This document shows positions 26,701 through 39,500 of a DNA stretch of 64,000 nt, piece after piece; within the stretch, counting starts at the first letter, position 1, and each line of letters opens with the position of its first letter. A program made the position numbers and the translations under genes. The DNA comes from Marsupella aquatica (lineage: Eukaryota > Plantae > Marchantiophyta). Below the pieces are notes generated by a model. That model did not search any database. It was not told where the DNA came from and saw only the letters and a program-made list of their open reading frames with translations. Location of the stretch: the NCBI GenBank assembly GCA_973895155.1, contig OZ316892.1, forward strand, positions 17,040,357 through 17,104,356, read 5' to 3'.

Positions 26701-28094
26701 TACCAAATGATTTGCATGACCACGTACCTTCATGTAATTCTCCTCTTGCCCTACTTCGGGATCAGCAGCGGTGGCTGGCACGTGACACTTATGCCATAAA
26801 ATGCATGGTTTAAAGCTGTTTCACCTTGGTGAGCTGACTGTCTTATAATTGATGGTGTGCTGAGTTGGAGCAATCAAGGTGTGGAAGAACATGCGTCCCC
26901 TATATGCTGTTCTTAATATTCTCTGACGGTTATGGACTGAGTCGTAGAGGAGAGGTATTCGTGAAGATTTCATTGAAGAGAGCTATTAGTGAGAATTCGT
27001 GGGATTTTAGGGAAAATCCAATTCAGCGAACTCTCAGGAAAACACGAATGCATTCAAAGAGGTCTCAGGGGAATTTGATCCGAATCAGCAGCTATCATTG
27101 AATGTTAGCTACGGGGGTTAGAATTTGCAAACTCATTTATTGCGAATCGGAATAAATTACGACTAGATTGATTTACTGTTGAGAGTCAGAGTATGAGCGA
27201 GAGAGAAGAAAGTAATCTTCATCTTCTTTGTGATGCAGAAGTACTAGGCATAATGAAGAAAACCTGAAATGGTTCACCCAGGCCTTCGATGCGAGCCTGA
27301 ATAAAAGCTTGCTGCAGCCTGTACGCCAGCCTGTGTGCGCGCTCATTTTGCTCCACCAGGTACGGAGGAACTTGCTCGATTCTTTGAATGTCCACATCCA
27401 CAGTTCCTCCACTTGCTCCTATCCCCGGCGCAGCAGTAACAGCATTGTCCCAGGGTTCAGGAGGGTCTGACCTCCTCCGTCTGGCTCCTGCTTCTCGTAC
27501 ATCCTTGAGCTCAGTTGGATAGCTGTAACCAGCAGCAGTAGCAGAAGAACCCACCTGTAGCTGTGAATTGCCCAGAGCTGAGGATAAAACTCTGACGGCA
27601 GAAGAGATTTCACTGAGAGTGGAAGAAAGAAGTTCCAAAGATCGAGACAGAGCGTCAAGCGTTGCTCTCAAGTCCTCTTGTTGACGATCCTTTTCAAGCT
27701 GCAACGCAGCCACATTGTTGATTGGAGATGATGAGGACGCAGAATTGGAGTCTGGAGCTCCGCCGGAGGGAGATGATGGGCCAGAAGAAACAGCCGCGGA
27801 ATTCAAATTCGGATCATTATCAATTGTGGGGTCACCTGCAAAATTTGCAGGGCCTTCTTCTTCAGGATATTCCTTGCTGTTTTGGAAGGGATCCTCACTG
27901 TCCGACGGCTGTGGATCACCGCCAGAGGGAGACACTCGAGGCTGGTAGCGGATCTGCAAGACCGTCTTGCTCGAGTGGAATGGGAGCCGGAGTTGACTGT
28001 GGGACAAACCAATGGAGGGTGATGGTTGACAGAAGCTCCGAAGGGCAAGGCAGGAGGTGTGAGAAGGAAGAATTGCGGTTGCGAGGAGAGCCAT
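23761..28094 (-). CDS. Uncharacterised, probably chloroplast-targeted protein; about 6 exons
   Basis: Exon 28094-~27264 begins with a Ser-rich transit-peptide-like N-terminus (MALLATAILPSHTSCLALRSF...). Further exons: ~25574-25417 VAAEDFVQACMEAHDLGFGLKELQLQL; ~24951-24896 ESRIRSLWVRLVYATLAQ; ~24746-24687 LGPSDGDEGEMDPIDDFVKQ; 24346-24290 VIQMAFEQGYDLGRLILEQ (GC donor); 23784-23761 GRQGWEG*. The last exon is tentative. Confidence 0.75.
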
Positions 28095-31080
28095 TTTCTT
28101 CCTCCGTGTCTATCTCCACCCTTTTCCTTTCCACTCCAACTACAAACTTGTTCCTATTTCGCAAAAAAAATTGTATTACTATTTTGCCACTCCTTCGATT
28201 CTTTCTCTACGAGCCATCTCTAATTCTCTATAGCCTACCCATCCGTTCCTCCTCCTTCAATTCTGACCTCCGTTCTCAACCCCCAACCCCCGGGTTACTT
28301 TCCTACGTCTTTCCAGAATTCAATCAAGCTCTCATGTTTCGTACTGAACCCAAATCGCTCGTCAGAATGACTGACTTTCCAATTTAGCTAAAGCCTCCTT
28401 TTTTTTCCTAACTCTCTCCGCCCAAAAATCCTGCTCGCTCTGTGTCCTACTTGCCTCTGTCTGGAGTTCACTAATTTCACACTCGAATGTCCAAAATGTC
28501 TCTCAAGTGCCCCCGCTCTCGTTGTCGAATTGTAAAGTACCGTATTCCGAAAACTCACTAAGAGCCCTCGCTCTCTCACTCGCTCTCACTCCGCCATCTC
28601 TCACCTAAATTTTGTAGATCTGCTAATACTTATGAGCCCATCACTCCCGCATTCTCCATCTTTAAGAAAGTCTGTCAGCGCAACCCTGGGCCCACGAGAG
28701 TGAGGGTGTGAAGCGGAGCTCGGTCCAGCTTCGCCCAACTGACCATGTAGGACAGCAGATGGCCAGATGCTGAACCCAGCGACTGTAGCTGATGAGGTCA
28801 AGTACCTTCTCTTCTGGCTGGGATCTTCTGTTGTTGTGCAATTGAATACTGGTGGCAACATGGCAGTCTTGCTTCCTGTCAGGTGTCTCTCGGCCATCCA
28901 CACCCATTCACAGTCATGAGTTTATCCCAATAAAATGATAAAATACTCGCTGTATAGCTGATATGCAATCCAAAAGGCGATGGCTGCTAAGTTCTGACTC
29001 TCTCACAGACCACTTGTACTTTGTGGCCCTTTTCGCAGTAAAGTTGGCTGTCGTTGGATCCCTTTCCACCGACATCCATTTCACCTCCCGCAGGAACCAG
29101 AGCCTACAGAGCCCACAGGCACAATGCGGAGTATCTCAGTGGGCGGGTCCAAACGAGCCTAAATTTTTTTTTTAAATTGCCTTGAAACCAAATGCTAACG
29201 CAGATGCAGCTCCCTAGGATAGCCCACAAGGGGTCATACCCGGGACCCAAACTGCAGTAGGAGGGAGGGAGAGAGAGAGGGGGTTGAACCAGAGTCCCAA
29301 AATGGGCTAGCCAGCGCTGACCAGAAACCCGGACTTGCACCACATAGTACACACATACACACTCCACAACCCTTCCATATCACCATATTAGAATATTGGA
29401 TGGGGGGCTCTGATTCATTTCTTACCCCCGAGATTTATGGATGATCAGATGTTTACTAAATGCGTCTGTAGCTAGAGTGAAGCTGGCTAATAGCAGATAG
29501 AAATACACCCTCGCGACTTCAGCCAAAGTCATAAGAAAGATGGAATCTACCAAATTTCATTCATAGAAAAAATGCTCATCGAGACTCCACGCGGACAGTG
29601 CATAATGTGTGTCCACTAGTTAGAACATCTCCACCAGTAGCGACTGCAGTAACACTAACGCCAAATAGGGTGAAAAGGGGCCCTCCTTGGTTGACTTAAT
29701 CTTTGTGGTAGGTAACTTCTTTTATTTTTCTTAAACCACTAATCACTGTATTAAATACTCCGGGTGACCCGGAGTAGTCACTCCCAAAACGCGATTGTGG
29801 TGTCCGCGGACGAGCGCACTTCCGCAGCCCTCCGATCGGGAGCCCGATCATTTTCGTCCGTTCGTCAAATGAGCCAATCTATGGCTCAAAATGCAGGTCT
29901 CTCCTAGATCTACGTCTCAAGAAAAACCAGATCTTGAAAGTGAAAATGAGTGAGAAAAATGAAAAAAAACTATCCAAGCAATGTGATTGGTGGAGGCCCA
30001 AAAATTTGAAATTCGAATTTTTGGGCAGGTCGGGCAGGGACAGGTGGCCCGGAGTACTATCGGGCGACCGGGGGAAGAAACCTGTGCGGGCATCCGCCCA
30101 TAGCAGGTCCAACAAGAGCCTCGCCTGGGCCGGTTAGGATTGCTATCTTTCGGATGTCTTTATCCATAGTTGATAGTAACTATGCTCTGAAGAGTCCTCT
30201 TGATTCACTGGTTAGTGCTTCTGCCTCCCAAGCAGCAGGTTTGAAGTTCAAATCCTGGTGTGGAAACCGTGCATGTTTTGCAACTGTGATTGCTCTCCCT
30301 ATTGGGGGTGCCAAAATAGAGCCAAAACAGATAAAACAGCCGCCACCTCAAGGTCTTCCTACGGTTTCAGGTAGGTGTACGTACCAGGCAGTGGGGAGGA
30401 GGGGCATGAGGGCAAAAGGGGCAATGTGGGTACACAATGTCTCATTTGCAAATTGACTTCCCAAGGTACTTTTTCTTTTCTCTTCTCTTTCCCTTTGGAT
30501 TTGCCCATTCATTTATTTTTGTCAATTTATTTTTTGTTTTACCGGGTTTGGCTTGGCATCCGGTCTCTGTTGTCGTTAGGGGTATTTTCTTAGAGGTTAG
30601 GGTTAGGGTTTGGGTTTAGGGTAGGGTTCTATGAGCACCGGGGGTCAGCCCCCAGATCTTCCAGATGGGAGGCGGAAACGTCGCCCAAGGGGAGGGGGTC
30701 CACCTAGACAGCGTTATCCGAGTGATGATATAGATTACAAGAAGAGACGGAGACCGGATGCCAAGCCAGAAATCCGGGTCCCACTTCAACGGTGGGATGA
30801 GTGGGAGGACCTCCGAGGCTTGCTTGGACCAGACACAACACACTCTACCGTTGTGACATGGCTGCTCGATCGAGTGCGACCTGTGGTTCAAGAGCTTCGG
30901 GCATGGCGAGAAGCGGAGGCAGCTCAAATTCCGCCTGAGGCAGTACCATCGCCCACCGCCCAGCAGGATCCAGGTCAGCCTTCACGACCATATCAGGTGC
31001 GGACACTCTCTCAATTACTCATTTATAGTTATTAGTTCCATGTACTCATAGTTTTGACATATATATAGCTTATCTAACTT

Positions 31081-31290
31081 ATATAACTTATCTAATATAA
31101 TACCCTAAACCAAACCATGAAATTAGGGTACACCTTATAACCTATATTTAGGGCACACATATATAACTTATCTAATATAATACCCTAAACTAAACCATGA
31201 AATTAGGGTACACCTTATAACCTATATTTAGGGCACACATATATAACTTATCTAATATAATACCCTAAACCAAACCATAAAATTAGGGTC
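31081..31290. repeat. 80-bp tandem repeat (~2.6 copies) with telomere-like motifs, in a Kolobok intron
   Basis: ATATAACTTATCTAATATAATACCCTAAAC...TTAGGGTACACC...TTAGGGCACACAT repeated. A telomere-like TTAGGG/TTTAGGG run also lies at ~30597-30627, just before the ATG. Confidence 0.85.
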
Positions 31291-32180
31291 ACTACAATTA
31301 GGTTACACAGATTATAACCCATAAGATTATCATACGTAATGCCAAACACTATTCTAAACTATGATTTTATTTATTGGGTCATGTTTAGGGTTTGGATTAC
31401 CATAGAACTGTGTCATGACACTTCCCAGAATAAAAATGTATTATTTTCAAAAGTTCTTGTATCATCTATGATTCCAATAACATTGTCCAGGATGCTACGG
31501 AGTCACATGTGTTGGATGATATTCTCTTGGAGGAGGACATTGCTAAGCAAACACGATTTCGGACCGAACGAGAACTATTTCCTCTAAACGAGAAGTATAT
31601 TTTTATTTTCCACCGAATCTCGCGAAATCGGCAGTTTTTTTCATCAAGAACGCATTTTTGGGGAAATAATGTAATTCGTATCGGAGTTCGGATTGAAACA
31701 GCAAATTTAATAATGATCAAAACCAATGAAATTCATGCTAACAAACATTCATATTATCAAGGAACAATTAGATCTTAAAAACTTTCTCCTCGACCTCATA
31801 TTCACGCTCTCCAAAGATATATGAAAGGTCTTATCTATAAATCCATATCCACGTTTTGAGCCAAGTGCGATAACTGTATCGGACTCCGGATTTGAGCCAC
31901 GAAAACTTCGACCCAATCTCAGGTTTCTCAGTTTTTGGATATTTACCAAAAATATTTTACATCACAGTCGATAAGAATTACTGCACGGTTCGTCAAATTT
32001 ACCTTGCAGTTACCTCCGCAATTGACCAGTTACCTCCGCAAGTGACCATAGTCAACATGCCATTCTTTCAACAGCAATGCGCAGTCCGATAAAATTATCG
32101 GGAAAACTACGGGCGACAAAAATACTAGTCGACAATACTAAGATCCTTCGGTTCATCGGTTAAATTTCAAAATTCCTATC

Positions 32181-32383
32181 CATATGAAGAAAACTCTTCG
32201 CAATACCAACATCAGATAAATTTAGCGCTTCAATTTCAAAATTGCAACTTCCATATGAAGGAACCACTTTTGCAATACCAACATCAGATAAATTTATCGC
32301 TTCAATTTCAAATTGCAACTTCCATATGAAGGAACCACTTTTGCAATACCAACATCAAATAAATTTATCGCTTCAATTTCAAA
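32181..32383. repeat. ~72-bp tandem repeat x3, each unit carrying a variant of the GATAAATTTATCG palindrome
   Basis: CATATGAAG(G/A)AA...GCAATACCAACATCA(G/A)ATAAATTTA(T/G)CGCTTCAATTTCAAAA three times, upstream of the transposase. Confidence 0.85.
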
Positions 32384-32518
32384 ACTATATAATTTTGCCA
32401 CGATGCACGTGTGAGAATGAAATTGGAAATCCAAGAAATATACCCTTTTCTGCTATTTTGTCGTTTAGGGTGACAGCCAATCAAAAGTGGACACGTGGGC
32501 CAACCCCTCAACAGACAC

Positions 32519-32529
32519 TATAAAAGGGC
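32519..32529 (+). promoter_or_regulatory. Putative TATA box of the nested transposase gene
   Basis: CTATAAAAGGG lies 110-150 bp upstream of the in-frame ATGs and is preceded by a G-box (CACGTG) at ~32492. Confidence 0.4.
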
Positions 32530-32639
32530 CACCGCCGATAAGTTTTTGGCGTCATTATCGAGAGTAGAGTTTTGGGAGTTGTGTTCTTGGAGCAACATTC
32601 TGTCCGTTGAGCCTTTCGTTTTCCCTGATTGTGGGAGGA

Positions 32640-35600
32640 ATGCAAAGCCCCATAGTGTCTCCGATAGCCATGTCTCAATCAGACACAGATTCACCTTCCA
32701 GTTCAGTTGAATCATCTCCTAATCTTGTCGCTCGCTGTTTGCCAAGTCGCATACTTAAAGCTCTACCTCTCTCACAGCAAATAGTGCCCAAAATCTCTGA
32801 CTCAGATTCTGATGCAAGTTCTGGTCCTGAGCCTAGTGCTTACTATGTGTCGCCTAGTAAACCTGAGAAGCGTCATCTCTTGAGCGTTCCATCGCCAAGA
32901 AATGAGAAACTTTCAATCCCAGGTTTAGGTCCGAGACGTCGCTTCAGGCCATCCATCCCGGGTTATGGAGAGGGTATCCGGCGACCGATACGCGTATCGC
33001 AGTCGACATTCAAATCGCCACATTCAACACAAGTTCAACGACGGATCTTTAAGTCTCCGGGTGAGGATCGGGACACAAAAATACAAAGACCGATATGGCG
33101 ATCGGTCTTTGCATTGCCTGGACTGGATATGCGAGCAAGCGAGGGAATCAGACTGCGAAGTCCAGACTCGGCCCTTTCTCGAATGGTCCGTGGGAATCAT
33201 GGTGAACAAGTGCTCAATTTTCCAGCAGCTCGCGGAGTCATTGGGACTGCACGTGCGAATCCAGAATCTCCAATTTCTCAAGGGCGGACTGTCATTGGTT
33301 CCAGGCTCCAAGTATCGAGGAGAGGTCTTAGTGGCGTTCGGGTTATGTATAGAGAGCCACGGAGTCCAATTGTGTTTTCAGATGAGTTGAGTGCATCGGA
33401 GGACGAAGATGAGGAAGGAGATAGAGAATCCGATATAATAGCACAAGTTGTGTTTGAATGTTTAGAAGGAGCTGTCGAAGAGAATAGCTATAGTCGTCTA
33501 TTCAGTGCCCCTCTAAATGCGTCAAGGAGATCTATAGAGGATGGTAGCTCAGCAGAGAGTGATGCATCTATTCGCGAGGCACCTGAAGGACCCAAAAATG
33601 CCAATGTTATGAACGGATTTCAGGTTGTAGAGAAGTCAAATGAGCCTAGTAAAAAAGATAGGGACCGAATTACTAGGAAAGACAATGTGATAAATGACAA
33701 ATTGAATAGAAACAAAATGAGAGAAATTCATAAGTATTCGTGTTGTGATAATTACTGTCTGCGGAATTTGGGTCTGCTAGCCGTGACGAAACAACGCACT
33801 TATTACTATGGGCTATCCTACCCAGAGAAGAATGTCCTTCTGAGAGGATGTGTGAAGGGTGGGCATGCTGGTGCAAGTGGTTACTTAGTTAGCGGTAGAT
33901 CCTTTTGTCGAAGTGGTTTTAAGAAATTATTTTCATTGGGAAATAATCGTCTCCAAAAAATCTCGCAGAACATGTTTTCTCGGATACAGATCGGTACAGT
34001 TTGTCGAGAAAAATCACCCGCACATCTTGGTCTCGTCCAATGGCTGGATGATTTTTTTCCACAAATGTCGAGAGTCTCCCCAACAAGGATATCTTTCATT
34101 TACCTGACAATTGGATAAAAACAGAAGTTTTTGATGCCTTCCAGTCCGAAACTCTAATGCGCCAAGAACAAGGCATGACATATTCGTGGTTTGTTCGCAT
34201 TTGGAACAAGGAGTTTCCTCGCGTGCGCATCCCCAAAAGGAGCCATTTCTCCACCTGCACCCCGTGTATTGAATTCAAAGCACTCCGTGACAAGGCAACA
34301 CTCGAAGCAGAAAAGAGTAAGTTTCTAAACCTGTGTGTTACTCTCGATAATTTTATCGGGTTGAGTATTCATGTGCTTCTTCTTTGGCCATGTGAGTGAA
34401 TATATCGTTTGAACAGTTTGAATACTGAACCTGATAAATTTATCGCTGTCACAGTTTTTCATTACGGTCTTGTGTTTGAATACTGAACCCGATAAATTTA
34501 TCGTTGTCAGGGTTTATCATTACGGTCTCGTGTTTGAATACTGAACCCGATAAATTTATCGCTGTCAGGGTTCAACATTGCGATTATCATGTTTTGTCCT
34601 AAACATTTTTATTATTGTAGGAAAATTCTCAACATTGCTAAACGAGCATCGGAAGGCACAAGCAGTCGAGAGGGAGAAGTTAGCAAAGCACCGGAGCAAA
34701 TGTTACAAGAGTCCGGAGAAATATTTGGGCATTCGTATTGATGGAATGGATCAAAAGAAGACAGAATTACCTCATTTCATTCGGTGTCCGAAGAATATGG
34801 ATGAAAAGTATTTCATCCCCGTACACGTAGTGGGTTGTTTGATCTTCAACAAACAATTAAGTTCAAATGTTTTTTTGAACTATCCAAATATTCACAATGA
34901 TAGCAACCTGACCATCCACGTTATCCAGCATATTCTGAATACCTGGGAAGGTCTGCTCCCTCCAGTGCTTTACCTCCAGCTTGATAACATAACTCGGGAA
35001 AACAAGAATAAATATCTTATGGCATATTTGAATATGTTGGTGGAGATAGGTGTTTTCCAGAAAATAAAGGTTGGTTTCCTATTGGTGGGGCACACCCATG
35101 ATCAAATTGATCAAATGTTTAGCAAGTTTTCTTCAAAATTGAACAAGCGGAAAGCTTTCCGGTTGGACACTCTTTCAGCAATCATAGAGGTATCCTACAA
35201 TCCTACGGCAAAGATATTTTTCGTCGACGAGGTTGCCGATTTCAAGAAATTTGTGTCAGACAAGGATCAAGCAAATGACAAGGATATGGATGGTCAGGTT
35301 CTACGTACTCTCCACGGCATAAGTGCTCAAAAACAATTTTGGATTACTAGAGTACTCGAAGATGGAAGTGCTCGGTCCGTATTCCATGCCAAACATCTTT
35401 CAACGACAATCGATTGGGGGGAGACGGTGGATTTTGTTCGGTACATTCCATCATCTGGAATGTGGGTCGCACCACAAATGGCATTGAAATCGGCCATGGG
35501 AGCGACAGGAGACAATGAAGAGCAAGAGAATGATGCTGAGGAACAAGATGAGCGGGCGACTCAAAGTTATTTGTCAACTCTTCAAAAATATCGAAGAGCA

Positions 35601-36230
35601 ATTGAAGATGGATTCAATTACTTTGACGACGCAGATCGTCTATGGTGGGGTCGTTTTTTTGACAAACAAAAAGAAGTGATTCAGCACCACCTGAAACCTG
35701 CACAATGGAGTTTTGATTGGAGTTGGCCCAAGGTAAACGTACAGAGAGAACTTCCGAGTAATCCTACGGAAGCAGCAATGGAACCTAGCTTGGTTGATAA
35801 AGTAGCGGGTGTGAGGACAGTCATGTATTCCGGAAGTCGAAGAAAAGTCACGGAAATTGGAGACTTCAAGGATCTAGAGGTGAATACTAAATTTGCAATG
35901 ATATGTGTAGCAGCCCATCAGGATCCCAAGGGAAGACCATTCTGGATGGCAAAAGTGACTGAGATTCTCACAAGAATTAACGACATCCCGGAGCGGATTA
36001 AAATCACTTGGTATGCAATGGATTTGGAGGAAGAGTCTGCAATTGAAGGCAGATATTATCCGGAGAAAGAGGCTTCGTCTAGCAAAGTACTGGAGGATGA
36101 ATTGTCCCTATCAGAAACTGCCGTTTATGCGTATAACTTTGCGTTATTGGCAAATAGTACTCTCCCTATACAAACAAGATGAATCATTCAAAATGCAATG
36201 GAGACTGTAGTCGTTGATAGTCGAAGCTAG
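32640..36230 (+). pseudogene. Sola-like DDD/E transposase (DUF7869-like), one intron, one frameshift, probable late premature stop
   Basis: Long disordered N-terminus, then Cys motifs (CCDNYCL, FCRSGF, FSTCTPC) and a catalytic core IDGMDQ...DSNLTI...LYLQLDNITRENKN...GFLLVGHTHDQIDQMFS. GT-AG intron 34317-34620 joins in frame. A -1 frameshift lies at the T7 run 34052-34058. The TGA at 36180-36182 is probably CGA>TGA, since the frame stays open to 36230. Confidence 0.8.
34414..34572. repeat. 58-bp tandem repeat x3 in the transposase intron, each unit with the 14-bp palindrome
   Basis: GTTTGAATACTGAACC(C/T)GATAAATTTATCG(C/T)TGTCA repeated with a 58-bp period. Confidence 0.9.
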
Positions 36231-36557
36231 TTTCAGGTTTAAGTTATAATGGTTATCGTTCCCATGAATATGTACAGTGGTTATCGTTCTGGGACTATGT
36301 ACTCCGCAGCTATAATGATATCTTTTTTTTAAATAATTGCAATGACAAACCAATTAGAGAATACAATGTTGTCCGATAAGATTATCGACAACTCCATTCC
36401 CCCAGCAAGAACACCGTGACAGTCCGATATATGCAAAGTCCGATAAATTTATCGCATTAATAAATGTGACAAAGGTTCTTCCTCATGGAATACAGAAGTC
36501 GATAAATTTATCGACAACTTCATTGGTGATTGACACTATCCTAACGAGCACACGCAA

Positions 36558-39500
36558 CTAATCTAATAACATGTTGTTGAGATCATCCTCATTTGGTGTT
36601 CTGGGAGGCTCTTCCTCAGTTTCTTCTTGTTCCTCTTCGGTCTCCTTCATGACCTCAACTACGTAAGTCGATGTCCCGAGTACACCCAATTGGCCTGCAA
36701 TTGGTGGTTGAATCTCATGACCTTCAACGCCGTGCCCTTCAATCTGGGATTCTTCATATAAATTCCAGTTTGACTCCAGAATCATGATCCGGGATTTTAC
36801 AAAACCAATCTGCGTAGAACTCTTATCAACAGCACAACCCTGGCGAGAATTGAGGAGCGTAGCAGCTAATGTCGATCCGGTTCCACAACAAAGATCAATA
36901 ACCCAATCCTCTTTCTCAGAGAAATGGGAAACAAACCAAGCCCCTAAACCAACAGGCTTCTGATATGGGTTCACAACAAATCCCAACGGATCAACGGACT
37001 TCTTGGTTACACATGGAACCTTGATGATATTGACGCGAGACTCATCCACTTGGAAATTGTACATGTTCATGTTCCGAATGCCTTCCTCGCTATAGAAACC
37101 TATCGACCAGTTCTCAAAACCCCATGCCAATCGAGCTCCAGCGGGACGCTCATGAATGTTAGTCTTCTCCCAGATTCTCGCCTCGACCCCACAGTTGCAT
37201 ACACTCTCCAGTGCAGACATCACCATATGCGTTTGTTGTAGTGAATGGATCACAACAAACCTCCACTGCTTAACGGTCGTCATCTTTGAGAAACTTGTCA
37301 ACATGTCTAAAATGTCCTTTTCTGTGAAGGCCACTTCATCAAACTCCAAACCAAGAGCATTAAAACCATACGGAATATCCGCAACCGCAAGGGTGTAAGC
37401 CCTTGGCTGAACAAAAGAATCCAAAATTCGAACATCACCAACATGGAGATAGTAGGGAAAAGAATCCCCGTCTGCATTTTTCCATGTTTGTTCAAACGCT
37501 TCTGCTGTGCCCTCGCCTAAGGACCTCAGCCGATTGTACTTATCGATTGCAGCAAGCACAAAATTCTTAAACACATAAGGGATTTCAGCTGAGGGAACAA
37601 TAACCTCCCCCACAGAATTATAAGTGACAGCCGGAACCACTTTGCTTTTCCTTTTTGAATTAATCTTCAGCTGTAAGAATGTCAGACACATCTACAGTTA
37701 GAATAGCGTGAGATGAATGCTAAAGCCAATAAAAATCTCGCGATGGAGCACGCTAGCCAATAGATGGAATCGCTTAGAAACCAACAAAGGAATGCTAAAG
37801 CCAATAAAAATCTCGCGATGGAGCACGCTAGCTGATAGATGCAATCGCTTAGAAACCAACAAAGGAATGCTAAAGCCGATAAAAATCTCGCGATAGAGCA
37901 TGCTGTGAGAGGAATGCTTACCGCGTCACTCAATTTCTCCGCCCATATGCCAAGGACCGAGATATCTGTTTCATTGGGAAACATTTCTCTGCATGTTGCC
38001 CAATCTGGCTGACCAGATATCTGCAAAAATAGTTTCTTCACCTTGGCAAGCTTTTTCAACTTCTCACCTTCCTTGTGCATTTGATCCAAAGTGATCACCT
38101 TCCCGATAACCCTATTCAAGAGACGCTTGACATGCTCCTTATTTGACAGTCCTTGGAGACCTCGAAATGAATTTAAGTTGAGGTCACCAGCAAGTTTATT
38201 CATTTTAATCTCCCTTACCGTCAAAGGTTTTACCTTTCCCTTTGCGTTCGTCGTTGCCACAATTTTTTTGGGTTGTCCTAAGACAATACCTTTCTCCCAC
38301 ATCTGGAAAATCTGCTCCTGAAGATCCCAAATTTCACCTGTTCGGAAAGCAATTTGGAAAGCCGGATCATGTTTGGCCATGGAGTCACGAACTCCTGGCG
38401 TGTACTCCATCATGCATTCTTGACAACATGCTTCGCGGATATCTTTAGTCGAGCCCACACCCATTTCAAGGAAAATATTGTGACAAGCGCGAACTTGGTC
38501 AATTTTAGTCATGTTCTTTCGATACTCCTGGTCATAGTTATGCTGGAAGCCTAACTTTCGGACCTCGGATCTCGTAAGCCCAGCATAAACCCAAGCTTCC
38601 AGCTCACCATATATTTGCTTCCCGTACATTTTAAACAACTCGGACTTTGCCCGAGCACCATGATTCCCTCCAATAATTCTATACTTCCATACCCTTGACT
38701 TCAGGATGTCCCAATCTGCGGTTGTGGGACAATCCTTCGGATCCACACACAGCACGAACGGGGCACTAAAGTTGGTGGGGTTTTTCATGAGAAGTATCTT
38801 GATATTTTCCACATGCAATCTATCCACTGGTCTAATCAAAGTTGTCAAATCCCCCTCCTCATCAAATATGAGATTGTCGACACGCAGAAGCACAGTTGTC
38901 CTTTGCACCCTTCGTTGCATCAGAAGACTGAGCTCTGCCTTGATCGCGTCCGTCTCATACATCAAAAGAGCCGTCTCCTCCTCCTGATCAACCTACAAAA
39001 GCGTTGCAAATTCAATTAAGGAAAGAAACTGCGAGATTTTTATCGGAGTTCGCATTTGTTCAACATAACTCCACAATCCGCAATTCAGGAAATAAACAGC
39101 GATATTTTTATCGGATTTCGTGTTTGTTAAACAGTACAACGATGTAGTACTTACCAATGGCACCGCAGGAACCGCGACTGGAACTGATGGAATTGACGGA
39201 GCTCTATCTACTTCTGCAGCCACCGTCTCAATCCAGCCAGTCCTCTTCCTCTTTGTGCTAAGTCCAGAACCAGATGGCCCGGATCCCTCGGATCCTTTAC
39301 TTTTGCTTGGTTTAACGGATGGTCCTCGATGGTTGCCCCGGCCTCTCCCACTACCGCCAGTTTCCTGGCTCTTCTTCCCACCGTCAGAGGTTCCCGCGGC
39401 ATCTCCCCTGCCGCTACCTCTCCCTTTTCCTTTTCCACTTCCCGAAACCCGACCAGAAGTTGTAGGTTCGTCCACGTCAATATGTGTAGAGGATTGCAAT

